Shown: positions 33,402 through 44,482, counted from the first letter of the stretch. The stretch is DNA of 64,000 bases from Gammaproteobacteria bacterium (GCA_965238175.1 CBDEGZ010000003.1:576001-640000); one strand, 5' to 3'. Numbers and translations are program-made. Notes: generated by a model from the letters alone, not told the origin.

Positions 33402-34193
33402 TTGGATCAATCGCTTCAAGATCTTTGGGTGGTGGTTACCCGGCCAGCCGATCAAGCCGCTGGACTTTCTGCAGCGATTGAAAAAAGAGGCGGGCATACT
33501 ATCTCCTGGCCTGCGCTTTCAATTGAGCCGATCAAAATATCAAGCCAAACTCAGACAAATATTGCTGAAATAGAATTTTACGATCACATTGTTTTTATTA
33601 GTGTGAATGCTGTCAATTACGGATTTGATACGATAAAAAAATATCGACCAGATCTGAATCTGAACACCATAAATGATAAGAAAATTTTTGCTGTAGGTAA
33701 AACAACCGCTAGTGCATTACAGGCTGAAGGAATAGAGAATGTCCATATCCCCGCAATTGCGTCAAGTGAAGGCTTGTTACAGATGCCGATTTTTGGCCGA
33801 GATGCTATCTGTGGAAAACGGTGTTTAATCTTCAGAGGTATTGGTGGTAATGAAAAGTTGGCTGAAGGTTTATTAACGCGCGGCGCAATTGTGGATTATA
33901 CGGAGGTTTATCAGCGCAAATCGGCGTATTCTGATCCAACAATTCTTGAAACATATTGGAAACAAGAACAGCTGGACGTAATCATCATTACAAGTATTGC
34001 AGGGCTAGAGAATTTATTTGATACAATGGGAGTAGAAAATCGAGCACGGCTTTTCTCAACACCATTATTGACTGTCAGTAGTCGTGTAGCAGAATTTGCA
34101 CAGAGAATCGGCTTTACGCATCAGCTATTGATCGCAAACAGTGCGAGAGACAATGACATTATTGCTGCGTTAGAATTGTGGCAACAATCTTAA
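33402..34193 (+). CDS. hemD: Uroporphyrinogen-III synthase
   Basis: VVTRPADQA, FISVNAV, AVGKTTA, SEGLL, EVYQR. Confidence 0.92.
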   Translation: MDQSLQDLWVVVTRPADQAAGLSAAIEKRGGHTISWPALSIEPIKISSQTQTNIAEIEFYDHIVFISVNAVNYGFDTIKKYRPDLNLNTINDKKIFAVGKTTASALQAEGIENVHIPAIASSEGLLQMPIFGRDAICGKRCLIFRGIGGNEKLAEGLLTRGAIVDYTEVYQRKSAYSDPTILETYWKQEQLDVIIITSIAGLENLFDTMGVENRARLFSTPLLTVSSRVAEFAQRIGFTHQLLIANSARDNDIIAALELWQQS

Positions 34194-34217
34194 TAAATCC
34201 TTAGGGAGAATTGAATA

Positions 34218-35318
34218 ATGAGCGAGAACACCGCTAAAGACATCAGCGAAGATGTTGATTTTGATCAGGTTCAAGAAGTTGCCCAGCCTGAAAAAAAAGG
34301 CAACACCGGGCTGGTTGCCTTAATTGTATTACTCGTCCTCATCCTTGGTGGAGGCGCTGTTTATTGGCTTTATGATAAGCAACAAGCTATCCAGTTGCGT
34401 GCCGATGATCAGATCAAACAATACGATAGTAAAATGGAAGATCTGGCCTCGCAGGTTGAAAAAGGCTCTTCAAAAATTGAAGAAATTTCTTCTTCTCAGC
34501 AGAAGGCATCCACTGCAATTAATTCCAATATACAAGAATTGGTCGGCAAACAAACCGTGCTCGCCGAAACATTGGAAACTGTTCAGAATGCAAAACCCAA
34601 ACAAGAAACTGACTGGATTATTGCTGAAGTAGAGTATCTATTAACCGTTGCTCAGCAACGTCTTAGTTTAGAACGAGATGTTCCCACTGCACTCTCAGCA
34701 ATGCAGGGCGCTGATAATCGCTTGCGTGATTTAGGTAATCCAAATTTAAATGGCGTGCGTGAACAATTGATTAAGGAAATGAATGCGTTACGTGAAGTCG
34801 AAGATGCCGATATTAGTGGCATGGTTTTGTATCTTGCTGATGCAACTTCCCGCGTTGAATCTCTACCACTTAAGAACTTTGAAGTGCCAACAATGAACAA
34901 ATTGAAAATTCCAACAAAGGAAGAAGCCATTGCTGGGAACTGGAAAGATATGACACTTTCCATGTGGGGAGATCTGGTCAAACTGGTTGAAATTAAAGAT
35001 CAGCAAGTGCCCGATGAGATTCTTTTTGATCCTGAACTAAGATACTTTCTTCACCAAAATCTTCAACTAGAGCTAACCAGTGCGAAACTCTCAGTGTTAC
35101 GTAGAGACAGTGGCAGTATGCAAGCTTCGTTGACACGTGTTTCCGATATTCTGAAGCGTTATTTTGATGTTGAAGCCGCTCCTGTAAAAAGCCTGTTAGA
35201 ACAGGTAGGTAGTATGGGGAAAACCGATCTTAAACCAGCGATGCCGGAAGTAACGCAAGCATTAAATTTGCTTAAAGAATACAAAAAAGTAACCATCCAA
35301 GAGGAGCAATCTTCATGA
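34218..35318 (+). CDS. hemX: HemX family membrane protein
   Basis: TM segment plus coiled coil; DWIIAEVEYLL..AQQRL; position in hemCDXY. Confidence 0.88.
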   Translation: MSENTAKDISEDVDFDQVQEVAQPEKKGNTGLVALIVLLVLILGGGAVYWLYDKQQAIQLRADDQIKQYDSKMEDLASQVEKGSSKIEEISSSQQKASTAINSNIQELVGKQTVLAETLETVQNAKPKQETDWIIAEVEYLLTVAQQRLSLERDVPTALSAMQGADNRLRDLGNPNLNGVREQLIKEMNALREVEDADISGMVLYLADATSRVESLPLKNFEVPTMNKLKIPTKEEAIAGNWKDMTLSMWGDLVKLVEIKDQQVPDEILFDPELRYFLHQNLQLELTSAKLSVLRRDSGSMQASLTRVSDILKRYFDVEAAPVKSLLEQVGSMGKTDLKPAMPEVTQALNLLKEYKKVTIQEEQSS

Positions 35319-36529
35319 AACTGCTCTTAATTACACTCGTCTTACTATTAGCTGCGATCTATGTTGGATCCGTTGCAATGGATGATCCTGGCTTTATTAT
35401 TATTGGTTATCATGGACAGGTATTACGAACTAGTTTTATCTTCTTTGCACTTTGTATTATTTTGGCTGGCGTCATTTTATACTATGCAGTTCGCTTCCTT
35501 GCTAACCTTTTGACAGCACCCAAAAAAGTCAGTGACTGGAACGCAGACCGCAAAGAATTAAAGGCCCAAAAATCGCTGTCTAAAGGGTTTGTAGCCTTGG
35601 CAGAAGGGAAGTGGGAAGTCGCTGAGCGTTCACTTTCTCATGATGCAGGAACCAGTGATCGGCTATCATATATTCATTATCTTGGTGCTGCTGAAGCTGC
35701 ACAAAATCTTGGACATATAGAAAAGCGTGACGATTATCTTCAACTCGCACATTCCGCTGCACCACAGGCCGATGTTGCAGTTGGAATAACAAGAGCTGAA
35801 CTACAAATGCAAGAGGGTCAAAGTGAAATGGCCCGGTTCACACTGGAAGAACTATTATCTTCTCATCAGAACCATCCGCGTATCTTAAAATTATTATCTG
35901 AAATCTATGTTGAAAACCGTGAATGGAGTGTTCTACAGCCATTGATGGCGCGCATCAGAAAAAATCGTGTATTGCCCTCAGCAGGTTTAGATGACTTAGA
36001 AAAACAAATTTGGACTGGGTTATTGGAAGAGTCCACTGCTGACATTTCAAAAATGAAGCAAACATGGTCAACTTTGCCGAAAAAATTGAAAGCTGATTTC
36101 GATCTATTATTTACTTATTTAGACAAACTAGCTAATTCTGATAGTAGTTCTGAAGCCGTGCCGATGATCGAAAGAGCTTTGAAAAATAATTGGGACGATC
36201 GCTTGGTTAATTTATACGGAATTGCGAATGGATCAAACCCAGCCAAACAACTGGAACAGGCTGAAAAATGGTTACTTGATCATCCTGAAAATCATCAACT
36301 ACTTTCAATATTAGGAAAAATCGCCAACAAAAACGAGTTGTGGGGGAAGGCCAAACACTATTTAGAAACGGCAATCGACTTTGGAGCTGGCCCAGAAATA
36401 TACCGACAACTTGCAGAAACGCTGGAAAAAATGGGTGAAACTGAAGAAGCGTCTAACTGTTGTAAAAAAGGGTTGTATTTAGCGACAGAACAATCGCAGG
36501 AAATTGCGATAGTTAAAGAAAATATTTAA
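35315..36529 (+). CDS. hemY: HemY family TPR membrane protein
   Basis: DPGFIII N-terminus, ALAEGKW, TPR-like LWGKAKHYLE; follows hemX. Confidence 0.88.
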   Translation: MKLLLITLVLLLAAIYVGSVAMDDPGFIIIGYHGQVLRTSFIFFALCIILAGVILYYAVRFLANLLTAPKKVSDWNADRKELKAQKSLSKGFVALAEGKWEVAERSLSHDAGTSDRLSYIHYLGAAEAAQNLGHIEKRDDYLQLAHSAAPQADVAVGITRAELQMQEGQSEMARFTLEELLSSHQNHPRILKLLSEIYVENREWSVLQPLMARIRKNRVLPSAGLDDLEKQIWTGLLEESTADISKMKQTWSTLPKKLKADFDLLFTYLDKLANSDSSSEAVPMIERALKNNWDDRLVNLYGIANGSNPAKQLEQAEKWLLDHPENHQLLSILGKIANKNELWGKAKHYLETAIDFGAGPEIYRQLAETLEKMGETEEASNCCKKGLYLATEQSQEIAIVKENI

Positions 36530-36799
36530 GCTGATTTAACTAAGTTTAAACTGCATATAAATTTTTTCATGCAGTCGTTACAGGGTTATATAGCCCGAGA
36601 GAGTCCCACGAAATAGTTAATAGAATCAGTAATTAAGGTATAATGACCTTTCCTGGTGTTAGTTGATCTGAGCAATCACTCAACATGCATAAAGTTCGAG
36701 GCCAAAGTTTTCATGATATGGTACTTTTAGTTCTTTACTCAAAACTCACACGAATGTTTTCTGAGAAAGAAAAATTATAGCTGAAACTATTGGTTTTAA

Positions 36800-36965
36800 T
36801 GGTGGCTCGGGGCAGAATCGAATTGCCGACACAAGGATTTTCAGTCAAGCGAATAGAATTTCGCCTCTTTATATTCAATAACTTACCGGAGCGCCCGTTG
36901 CTCTATTTGCATGACAATGTACAACTGCGCAGGACCGAGTTACGCAAAACTCACGCAAGAAGCAA
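36800..36965 (-). repeat. att-like scar 1: 3' half of tRNA-Phe(GAA) (36800-36846) plus ~120 bp arm sequence
   Basis: Minus strand reads gactGAAaatccttgtgtcggcaattcgattctgccccgagccaCCA (anticodon loop to CCA); no 5' half present. Repeated at 38951-39110. Confidence 0.8.
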
Positions 36966-37332
36966 TGGCTAAATGATCATAAATGGCTTGTTCATCAAAT
37001 ACTTTATACTTTTTATTGATGCACTCACTGCATTTAATAGTTGGTTTATTGCACAGTCCCTGACGCCATTCGTGATGGCATGCGACTGAATATCCGCTGC
37101 GTCCTTTTGCGTTTTGCCATTGCGTCGCATAGATATCGGTGCGACCCTGGAATCGGTCTTGGAATAATGCAACTTTTTGGTTTACGCTAAATAGATGAGT
37201 TTCAGAACTATTTACGTGCTGTTGATTTTCTAGTCTTTGTTTTCTCTGTTGCAACGCTTCCTTTTCTGCATCCAACAATTGGAGGCGAGAAGTGATTTGC
37301 CGAAGTTCATCATTGATGTTCTTTTCTTTCAT
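36940..37332 (-). pseudogene. N-terminal fragment of a primase-domain/DEAD-box helicase-type protein
   Basis: KVALF..RFQGRTDIYA..W....GRSGYS.AC.HEW..GLC.KP.IKC.EC...AIYDHL is normally the start of a large helicase; here it is cut off at att scar 1. Confidence 0.6.
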
Positions 37333-37558
37333 TTCAGAACTATTGGCTGTGAAAGCATTGCATAATCACCTCTAGGATAGTTCGCGGGAAATCCGATACC
37401 ACCTATCTCCATATTCACATCCTTATTCATAAATTGAGCCTCAACATCCTGAAACTTAATTGATCGTACATTTAGATTTCGATCTCTAATCATTTACTCC
37501 AAACAATATCCAATCGTCCCGTCTCGACATTGAGGATCATGGCTCCGCCAACAAAAGA

Positions 37559-38045
37559 TTATCCTCTTCTGGCTTTTTCCGAATCCTCATGCTCAAAAGC
37601 GAAAGCCATCCGTTCAATCTCTCGCGTGCTTAACCCTAGCTGCTTGGTTATCACTTTCTCTTCGGGTACAACTGCCGCCACTTCACTAACAATTTTCTGG
37701 GCTTGTTCTTTTGATAATCTAAATTCATCGATCACGGATAGCGCAATGTCAACAGAAGCTGTGCTATCTTCAAAGTCTATGGCCGTTGAGAGAATTCTTG
37801 GTTTTATATTGACAGGTGTTGGATTCAGATCGTAAGCAGGTGACAGCCACCATTCATGATGTTGCTCATAAACAAACCCGTGATTACGCAAATGGTCATC
37901 TGTATTTGAAATCAGAATACTGAAAGATAATACGTCGCCATAATTCTGCCATGTTCAAGTTCGGATCAGCACCATTTTGTACTAAGCCATAGGCAATGTC
38001 TAAATAGCTGTGTTGTTCGTTATTTTTTGCCCCCAGCATACTCGT
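37559..38045 (-). pseudogene. HipA-family kinase toxin C-terminal fragment
   Basis: TSMLGA...SYLDIA...ELWRRI / frameshift / SNTDDHLRNHGF...LSPAYDLNP; N-terminus missing. Confidence 0.8.
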
Positions 38046-38250
38046 ATCTTATCGATTGACTAAAATTGGACGGATTTTTAGTCCATACACAACTGTGGAC
38101 TTTGTTACGCAAGACTCACGCATCAAATTCTGATATTCAAGATATTTTGAATTCAGGTAACTTACATTAACCATGTTTGTTTTTTCTTGACTATTCACCT
38201 TCTCATGATATACATTTAAACAATGTATATCTTTTCGAAAGGAGGCCATT

Positions 38251-38484
38251 ATGCAAGTTTCAAAATGGGGCAATAGTCTCGCGATCCGTATACCCATCGC
38301 CATTATTGAAGCCTTGAAGCTCCGCGAAGGCGACGATATTGAAGTTCTAATTGCGGATGACCGTGTATTCAAGGTGAAGAAAAAACTTGGTAAAGAGGAT
38401 TTGCTCGCGCAGTTACGTAAGTTTCGGGGGAAACTACCAGACGATTTTAAATTCGACCGTGATGAGGAAAATGGCCGAAACTAA
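38251..38484 (+). CDS. AbrB/MazE-type antitoxin (VapB)
   Basis: MQVSKWGNSLAIRIP...LREGDDIE; aggagg RBS. Confidence 0.9.
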   Translation: MQVSKWGNSLAIRIPIAIIEALKLREGDDIEVLIADDRVFKVKKKLGKEDLLAQLRKFRGKLPDDFKFDRDEENGRN

Positions 38485-38881
38485 AGTATTTATCGATACA
38501 AACGTCTTACTCTATCTTCTCTCAAGCGATGAAGAAAAGGCGGGCCGCGCTGAAGCTATTCTACAGTCCGGTAGTTCTATCAGTGTCCAGGTCTTAAATG
38601 AAATAGTCAATGTCGCTCGTCGCAAGCTTGCCCTGCCTTGGGAAGAGATTGCCGAATTTTCTGATCTCATTCGGGCATTCTGTCCTGTTAAACCCTTAAC
38701 TACTGAGACACATGATAAAGGCCGTTATATCGCTGAGCGATACAAGCTTAATGTGTATGACGCAATGATTGTGGCTGCAGCATTGTTGGCAGACTGTAAA
38801 ATCCTGTATTCGGAAGATATGCAGGATAGCATATTAATAGATGATCAACTTCGGATCACCAACCCTTTTAACCTCAAATAA
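38471..38881 (+). CDS. PIN-domain toxin (VapC)
   Basis: VFIDTNVLLY, SVQVLNE, YDAMIVAAA, LYSEDMQ; overlaps the antitoxin stop; start taken as ATG 38471. Confidence 0.9.
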   Translation: MAETKVFIDTNVLLYLLSSDEEKAGRAEAILQSGSSISVQVLNEIVNVARRKLALPWEEIAEFSDLIRAFCPVKPLTTETHDKGRYIAERYKLNVYDAMIVAAALLADCKILYSEDMQDSILIDDQLRITNPFNLK

Positions 38882-38950
38882 GACGTAGGGTAGACCTAAA
38901 GCACTGGAACTTGATAGGAAACCCTGGCAATGAACGTCATAGTCTTTCAT

Positions 38951-39110
38951 TAGTGGCTGGTCAGAATCTGACTGCCGACACAAGGATTTTTAAACGGATA
39001 GAATTTCACATCTATATATTCAATAACTTACCGAGACGCCCGTTGCTCGATTTGCATGGCAAAGCACGACTGTACAGTACTGAGTCACGCAAAATTCACG
39101 CAAGAAGACG
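38951..39110 (-). repeat. att-like scar 2 (more degenerate direct repeat of 36800-36965)
   Basis: Shared tgccgacacaaggatttt, atagaatttc, tatattcaataacttaccg, cgcccgttgctc and cgcaaaa.tcacgcaagaag. Confidence 0.8.
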
Positions 39111-39576
39111 GTAGCAAAAGACAATACTACAACTATTCGCAGCGAGTCATTGAGCCTCTTTGCCCGGCTTTGGGGTAGTTAGATATCAATCCATCTCATT
39201 ATCAATCAGATCTTGTCTAGAAAAGTACTTCACCTACACTAACAAACTGCAAGTCATCTCCCATGTCTTATGTGACCCTATCACATTGTGCCTTATTTCT
39301 GTCACCTAAGGCTAAAGTTATTACCCCCCTGTTGCTACCCCGAAGACATCCTCAGCAGATAACAATAGTGCTTGGATGAACTAAAAATAATGGTGTTTGT
39401 GTACTTTAAAAAAACACATGAACTTAAAAAAAGTGGCACGAAACCTGAATAGTAAAACAAGAATAATTAAACATCGACACACGTTAAACCTAAAAAGCTG
39501 AACTAAATAATTTAAGACAACACCTGGGGGAGAGCCGTGTTTTGCGCATTCCCTGGGTCTGGATAGGAGAGCCGCA

Positions 39577-42500
39577 TTGAACATGCACCGCATATTTGCC
39601 ACCCCCAGAACGCTACTTCCAAGCATCCTTCTCCTGAGTTTTTTGAGCCTAACCAGTCAATCTACTATCGGTGCAAGTGTTAACTTTGAAGAAATGGTAA
39701 CAGGAGGTTCAAGCGGCTCCAGTAGAGTACAAACGTCCAGTAATGTTACTGCAGCGAGCGATCATTTGTATCTGGCCGCCATTACCAGCAAATCTTACAA
39801 AACAGTGACGTCAGTCACTGGTCTCGGACTTACCTGGTCGGAAGTACTCACACAATGTGGAGGCCGAAACCAGACAGGCGTGACGGTCTGGAAAGCACAA
39901 GGTACTCCAAGTGGCCCTGGCCCCGTGAGTGCAACATTATCGGGCTCGGCCAACAATGCGGCTATCGCCGTATCGCGCTATTCCGGTGTGGCGTTGAGCA
40001 ACCCGATAGGGAATACGGTTTCTGACAATAGCAACGGTATTGGAGGTGGTTGCTCTGGCGGTGTAGATACAGACGCCTATAGTTTTAGCTTAACCACGAC
40101 CGCAAGTGACTCGTTGGTTTATGGTGCGATCAGTATGCGCAATAAAACCCATACACCCGGCGCAGGTTATACAGAGCGCGTCGCCTTTGTTCAAGGCAGT
40201 GGTGGCGGTACAGCATCTGTTGCCGTGATGGAACGAGCGACTAATAGCCCATCATCGACAATCATTGATGGCGGATTCAGCAGTTCAGTGGACTATGGAG
40301 TCATCGGGATAGAGATAAAACCCGTAGGGAACAACAATACCGCACCAGACGTCACCAACCCAGGCAACCAGACAGGAACAGTCAATACAGCCATCACATC
40401 GTTACAAATTAATGCTACTGATAGCGACAACGGTGACATCCTGACGTTTAGTGACAATGGCAACAGCCTGCCTGCGGGCTTAAGTATTAGCAGTAGCGGT
40501 TTGATTACGGGAACACCGATCACGGTGAGTAATTACAACGTCACTATCAACATCAGTGATAATACCGATATCACCCCGACCAGTTTTGATTGGAACATCA
40601 GTCCGGCAACGAATAATAATAGTGCCCCCACGATAACTACGATTGGTGCACAGACTGCCACCAGTGGAACGAGCAAAACCATTAACGTAACGGCCACTGA
40701 CAGTGATAGCAGCGACACCTTAAGTTTTAGCTTAGGAAGCGGCCCAAGTTTTGTTAGCTTAACAGACAACGGTAATCGAACAGCTACCATCACGGTTGGT
40801 GCAGGTAGTACCGTAGGTAACCATAATATTACGGTCAATGTCAGTGATGGTAATAACGGCAATGACAGTGGAAGCTTTGTCTTAACTGTTTCCTCCACGG
40901 GCAGCAGTAGTTGTGGACCCCTAACCCAGGAAGCTGAAGCAGGAATCTTAAGTGGTGATTTTGAGATAAGTGACAACAGCTCTGCCAGTGGCGGACAGAT
41001 TGTGGAAGTCCCCGCCGACCCTTCCTACTATACTCAACAAGGAGTTACAGAACACTATGTAGAGCATTGCTTCAATGTCACCCAAGTAGGTACCTATCGA
41101 ATAGTCGGTACCGCGAAAGGATCCGGCAGCAATGACAACTCCTTCCGCGTTACCATGAATGACCAGCCGAGCGATGGCCATGCTTGGTCCTATACTCACA
41201 GTAATGGGTTTGTAACTGAAGAGATTAGTGGTGGTAATGGCAGTGGAGATGTAGAAGAGTTTTTCCTGAACACAGGGGACAACACCGTGCGATTTTATCT
41301 GCGTGAAGACGGCGCCCAGCTTGATAAAATCAGCCTCGTTTTACAGGGCAGTGGTAACACCGTGCCAAACGTGACCAACCCAGGTAACCAGACAGGTACC
41401 GTCAATACGGCCATCACACCATTACAGATTAATGCCACAGATGATGACGGTGACATTCTGACATTTAGCGAAAGTGGTAACAGCTTACCAGCGGGTCTAA
41501 GTATCAGTAGTAGCGGTCTGGTTATGGGAACACCGACAACAGCAAGTAACTACAACGTCACCATCAACGTCAGTGATAATGACAACACTACCCCAACCAG
41601 TTTTGATTGGAATATCAATCCTGCTGGTGGTGGCGGTAGCTGTGGCCCTCTGACCCAGGAAGCTGAAACCGGAACGTTAAGTGGTGCTTTTGGCCTAGTG
41701 GCAGACAGTGCCGCCAGTGGCGGACAATATGTCGAAGTGCCAGCTGACACTACCTCCACGGGTTCAGCACCATCGAGTAATTATGCCGAATATTGCTTTA
41801 ATGTCACCCAAGCCGGCACCTACCGAATTGAAGGCACCGCCCGCGCATCAAACAGCTCATACAACTCCTTCCGCGTGACCGTGAACGACAACCCAAGCAG
41901 TGGTCATGCCTGGGCCTTCAGCCACGGTAATGGCTTTGTGACCGAAGAAATAGCCGGTGGCAATGGCAGTGGCAGCCCCGAAGACTTCAGCCTAAACGCC
42001 GGCGACAACACCGTGCGCTTCTACCTACGCGAAGACGGTGCTCAACTGGACAAAGTCCGCCTTGTCCTACAAGGTGGCGGTAACACCGCCCCCAGTGTCA
42101 CCATCAGCAACCCCAACAACGGCACCAACGTCACCCAAGGCAGCAATATAACCTTAACCGCCACCGCCAATGACACCGAAGACGGCAGCCTAACCAACAC
42201 TATCAGCTGGAGCTCAAACCACGATGGCAGCTTAGGCACCGGTGGCAGCGTGAGCCTAAGTAATTTAAGTGCAAACACCCATACGATAACCGCCAGCGTC
42301 ACCGACAGTGGCGGATTGTCTGGAAACAGCACTATCAGTCTTACCGTCACCGTCACGACTACCGGTGGCAGTACCGTCACCGACATCATCGTCGACAACA
42401 GCGATAACAACACCCACACAACCGGCACCTGGTTAAACTCAAGCACAACACCAACACACGATGGAAGCAACTCTGTTTATAGCAATACCAATGGCAGCTT

Positions 42501-44376
42501 TCGGTGGACACCGAACATTATCACCGCCGGAGAATACACCGTCTATGCCTGGTGGACCTATTACGCAAGCCGACCTTCGGCCGCGTCCTACACCCTTCAA
42601 CACAATGGTGGCAGCAGTGTGGTGACCAAAGCCCAGAACGATCAATCACTGGGCGGACAATGGGTTGAATTAGGCACCTACACCTTCGCCGCCGGTAGTG
42701 CAGGCTATGTTGAACTCACCAGTAACACCAGCGGTAACTTCAGTGCCGATGCAATTAAATTAGTCCATGGTGGTGGGAGTAGGCCGAGCAGTAGTAATGC
42801 TGATCCAGTAATCAGCACAATTGGTACCCAAACGGCGACGGTGGGCAGTAGCAAGACCATCAATGTGAGTGCCAGCGACAGTGATAGTGGTGACACCTTG
42901 AGCTTTATTCTGGAGAGTGCGCCGAGTTTTGTGAGCTTGACCGACAATGGCAATCGCACCGCCACTCTCGCTGTGAGTAGCAACAGTACATCAGGTCATC
43001 ACAACATTGTTGTGAGTGTACGTGATGCTAACGGTAGCAGTGACAGCGAGAGCGTTGTGTTGACAGTGAGTGGTCAAATTGCCGCAAACCTCGTTGACTG
43101 GCAAGTAGTTGGAACGAATGATTTTGATGGCGATGGCAAGTTCGACACCTTGTTACACAACTTCAGTACGGGTGAAGTTTGGATGTATCTCATGGACGCG
43201 GCTCAAGTGAGCACGAGTGCCCATGTTACCAATGTTGGCGCGAATTGGCGCGTTGCAGGAACGGGTGATTTTAATGGCGACGGCAAAGCGGATGTTCTGT
43301 GGCGAGAAACAATCACACATAAGACCCGAGTCTACCTGATGAATGGAACAACGGTGAGTGCAGATCAAGCGGTCAGTAATGCTACGGAACTTCCAGAGTG
43401 GCAGATAAGAGGCGTCGATGATTTTGACGGTGATGGTAAAGCAGATATTTTGTGGCGCAATATCAATACAGAACGAAGCTGGATGTACTTAATGAATGGT
43501 TCCACCATCGTTAGTCAGGGGATTGTCGCTGATCACGGACCTAATTGGAGAATTAAAGGGACAGGTGATTTTAATGGCGATGGCAAGGCCGATATCTTAT
43601 TTAGAAATACGGTATCAGACAAGAATATTATCTTCCTGATGAACGGCAACAGCATCTTGCAGCAAAGCGCAGAGCTCACGTTTGCCGCCTTGGTTTGGGA
43701 AGTTCGCGGTGTTGCTGACTTCAATGGCGATGGTAAAGCAGACATCCTGTGGCGACACAAGACGACCGGTGAAAATCGGATCTATATGATGAATTCCTTC
43801 ACGGTAACGTCCAACCAGAGCGTGAATACAGAAGCGGATCTCGCCTGGAAGATTGTGGGTGTCGGTGATTTTAATGGCGATGGTAAATCGGATATCTATT
43901 GGCGTTATGACACGGATGGTCAGCACCGTTTGTACTTAATGAATGGCGCTAGCATCAATGCGAGTGTGCTTATCGATCAAACCCTTCCTCAGCAGACACT
44001 TACGGTTAGTGTTTCCACGCTCTCCTTTACATTAGACGAAGGGACTACTGGAACGCAGAGCATCTTTTTTACTAGCACGAGCAATGACGGTGTGAGTAGT
44101 CTACCTGACTTAATATCGCTAGAGGGATGGTTATCGTCAACGAATGGAAGATTTTCAAATGGCGCCAAGATCACGGTTGATACGACGGGATTAGCACTAG
44201 GCACCTACACCAGTGATGTCATCGCAATATTAGCGAATCATACAACGGCCACGATACGCGTAACGTTAGAGGTCACGCAAGCATCAGGCCTAGGCCCAGG
44301 ACCCGTCCTCGTCTTTGTCGAAAACGACTGCCCTACTGAGCCGGATGTTGCGTTCCCAACGCCCCTGACACCCTAA
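39577..44376 (+). CDS. Large secreted multidomain adhesin-like protein (putative Ig, cadherin-like, CBM-like, golvesin-like and FG-GAP/VCBS repeats)
   Basis: Sec signal; 2x NPGNQTGTVNTAIT..LPAGLSISSSG; 2x CGPLTQEAE...LREDGAQLDK; 2x TIG.QTAT...PSFVSLTDNGNRTAT; IIVDNSD...YTVYAWW; 6 clear DFNGDGKADILW-type repeats. Confidence 0.9.
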   Translation: MNMHRIFATPRTLLPSILLLSFLSLTSQSTIGASVNFEEMVTGGSSGSSRVQTSSNVTAASDHLYLAAITSKSYKTVTSVTGLGLTWSEVLTQCGGRNQTGVTVWKAQGTPSGPGPVSATLSGSANNAAIAVSRYSGVALSNPIGNTVSDNSNGIGGGCSGGVDTDAYSFSLTTTASDSLVYGAISMRNKTHTPGAGYTERVAFVQGSGGGTASVAVMERATNSPSSTIIDGGFSSSVDYGVIGIEIKPVGNNNTAPDVTNPGNQTGTVNTAITSLQINATDSDNGDILTFSDNGNSLPAGLSISSSGLITGTPITVSNYNVTINISDNTDITPTSFDWNISPATNNNSAPTITTIGAQTATSGTSKTINVTATDSDSSDTLSFSLGSGPSFVSLTDNGNRTATITVGAGSTVGNHNITVNVSDGNNGNDSGSFVLTVSSTGSSSCGPLTQEAEAGILSGDFEISDNSSASGGQIVEVPADPSYYTQQGVTEHYVEHCFNVTQVGTYRIVGTAKGSGSNDNSFRVTMNDQPSDGHAWSYTHSNGFVTEEISGGNGSGDVEEFFLNTGDNTVRFYLREDGAQLDKISLVLQGSGNTVPNVTNPGNQTGTVNTAITPLQINATDDDGDILTFSESGNSLPAGLSISSSGLVMGTPTTASNYNVTINVSDNDNTTPTSFDWNINPAGGGGSCGPLTQEAETGTLSGAFGLVADSAASGGQYVEVPADTTSTGSAPSSNYAEYCFNVTQAGTYRIEGTARASNSSYNSFRVTVNDNPSSGHAWAFSHGNGFVTEEIAGGNGSGSPEDFSLNAGDNTVRFYLREDGAQLDKVRLVLQGGGNTAPSVTISNPNNGTNVTQGSNITLTATANDTEDGSLTNTISWSSNHDGSLGTGGSVSLSNLSANTHTITASVTDSGGLSGNSTISLTVTVTTTGGSTVTDIIVDNSDNNTHTTGTWLNSSTTPTHDGSNSVYSNTNGSFRWTPNIITAGEYTVYAWWTYYASRPSAASYTLQHNGGSSVVTKAQNDQSLGGQWVELGTYTFAAGSAGYVELTSNTSGNFSADAIKLVHGGGSRPSSSNADPVISTIGTQTATVGSSKTINVSASDSDSGDTLSFILESAPSFVSLTDNGNRTATLAVSSNSTSGHHNIVVSVRDANGSSDSESVVLTVSGQIAANLVDWQVVGTNDFDGDGKFDTLLHNFSTGEVWMYLMDAAQVSTSAHVTNVGANWRVAGTGDFNGDGKADVLWRETITHKTRVYLMNGTTVSADQAVSNATELPEWQIRGVDDFDGDGKADILWRNINTERSWMYLMNGSTIVSQGIVADHGPNWRIKGTGDFNGDGKADILFRNTVSDKNIIFLMNGNSILQQSAELTFAALVWEVRGVADFNGDGKADILWRHKTTGENRIYMMNSFTVTSNQSVNTEADLAWKIVGVGDFNGDGKSDIYWRYDTDGQHRLYLMNGASINASVLIDQTLPQQTLTVSVSTLSFTLDEGTTGTQSIFFTSTSNDGVSSLPDLISLEGWLSSTNGRFSNGAKITVDTTGLALGTYTSDVIAILANHTTATIRVTLEVTQASGLGPGPVLVFVENDCPTEPDVAFPTPLTP

Positions 44377-44482
44377 AGGATACACACACAACAACCGATA
44401 AAGACAGCCGCCTCAACACATTGTGCTGAGGAAGCCTAAAGAGACACGGCACAGACGTGCCACACACGACAGGAAAATGCAG

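Noticed and set aside
36800-36846. Functional tRNA-Phe gene
   Set aside because: Only the anticodon loop to CCA is present; the D-arm and 5' acceptor strand are missing. The ORFs 36790-36972 and 38911-39114 are translations of the scars.
39434-39449. Sigma54 promoter TGGCACG-AAAC-CTGAA upstream of the adhesin
   Set aside because: The -24 element is good but the -12 reads CTGA rather than TTGC; too weak without TSS data.
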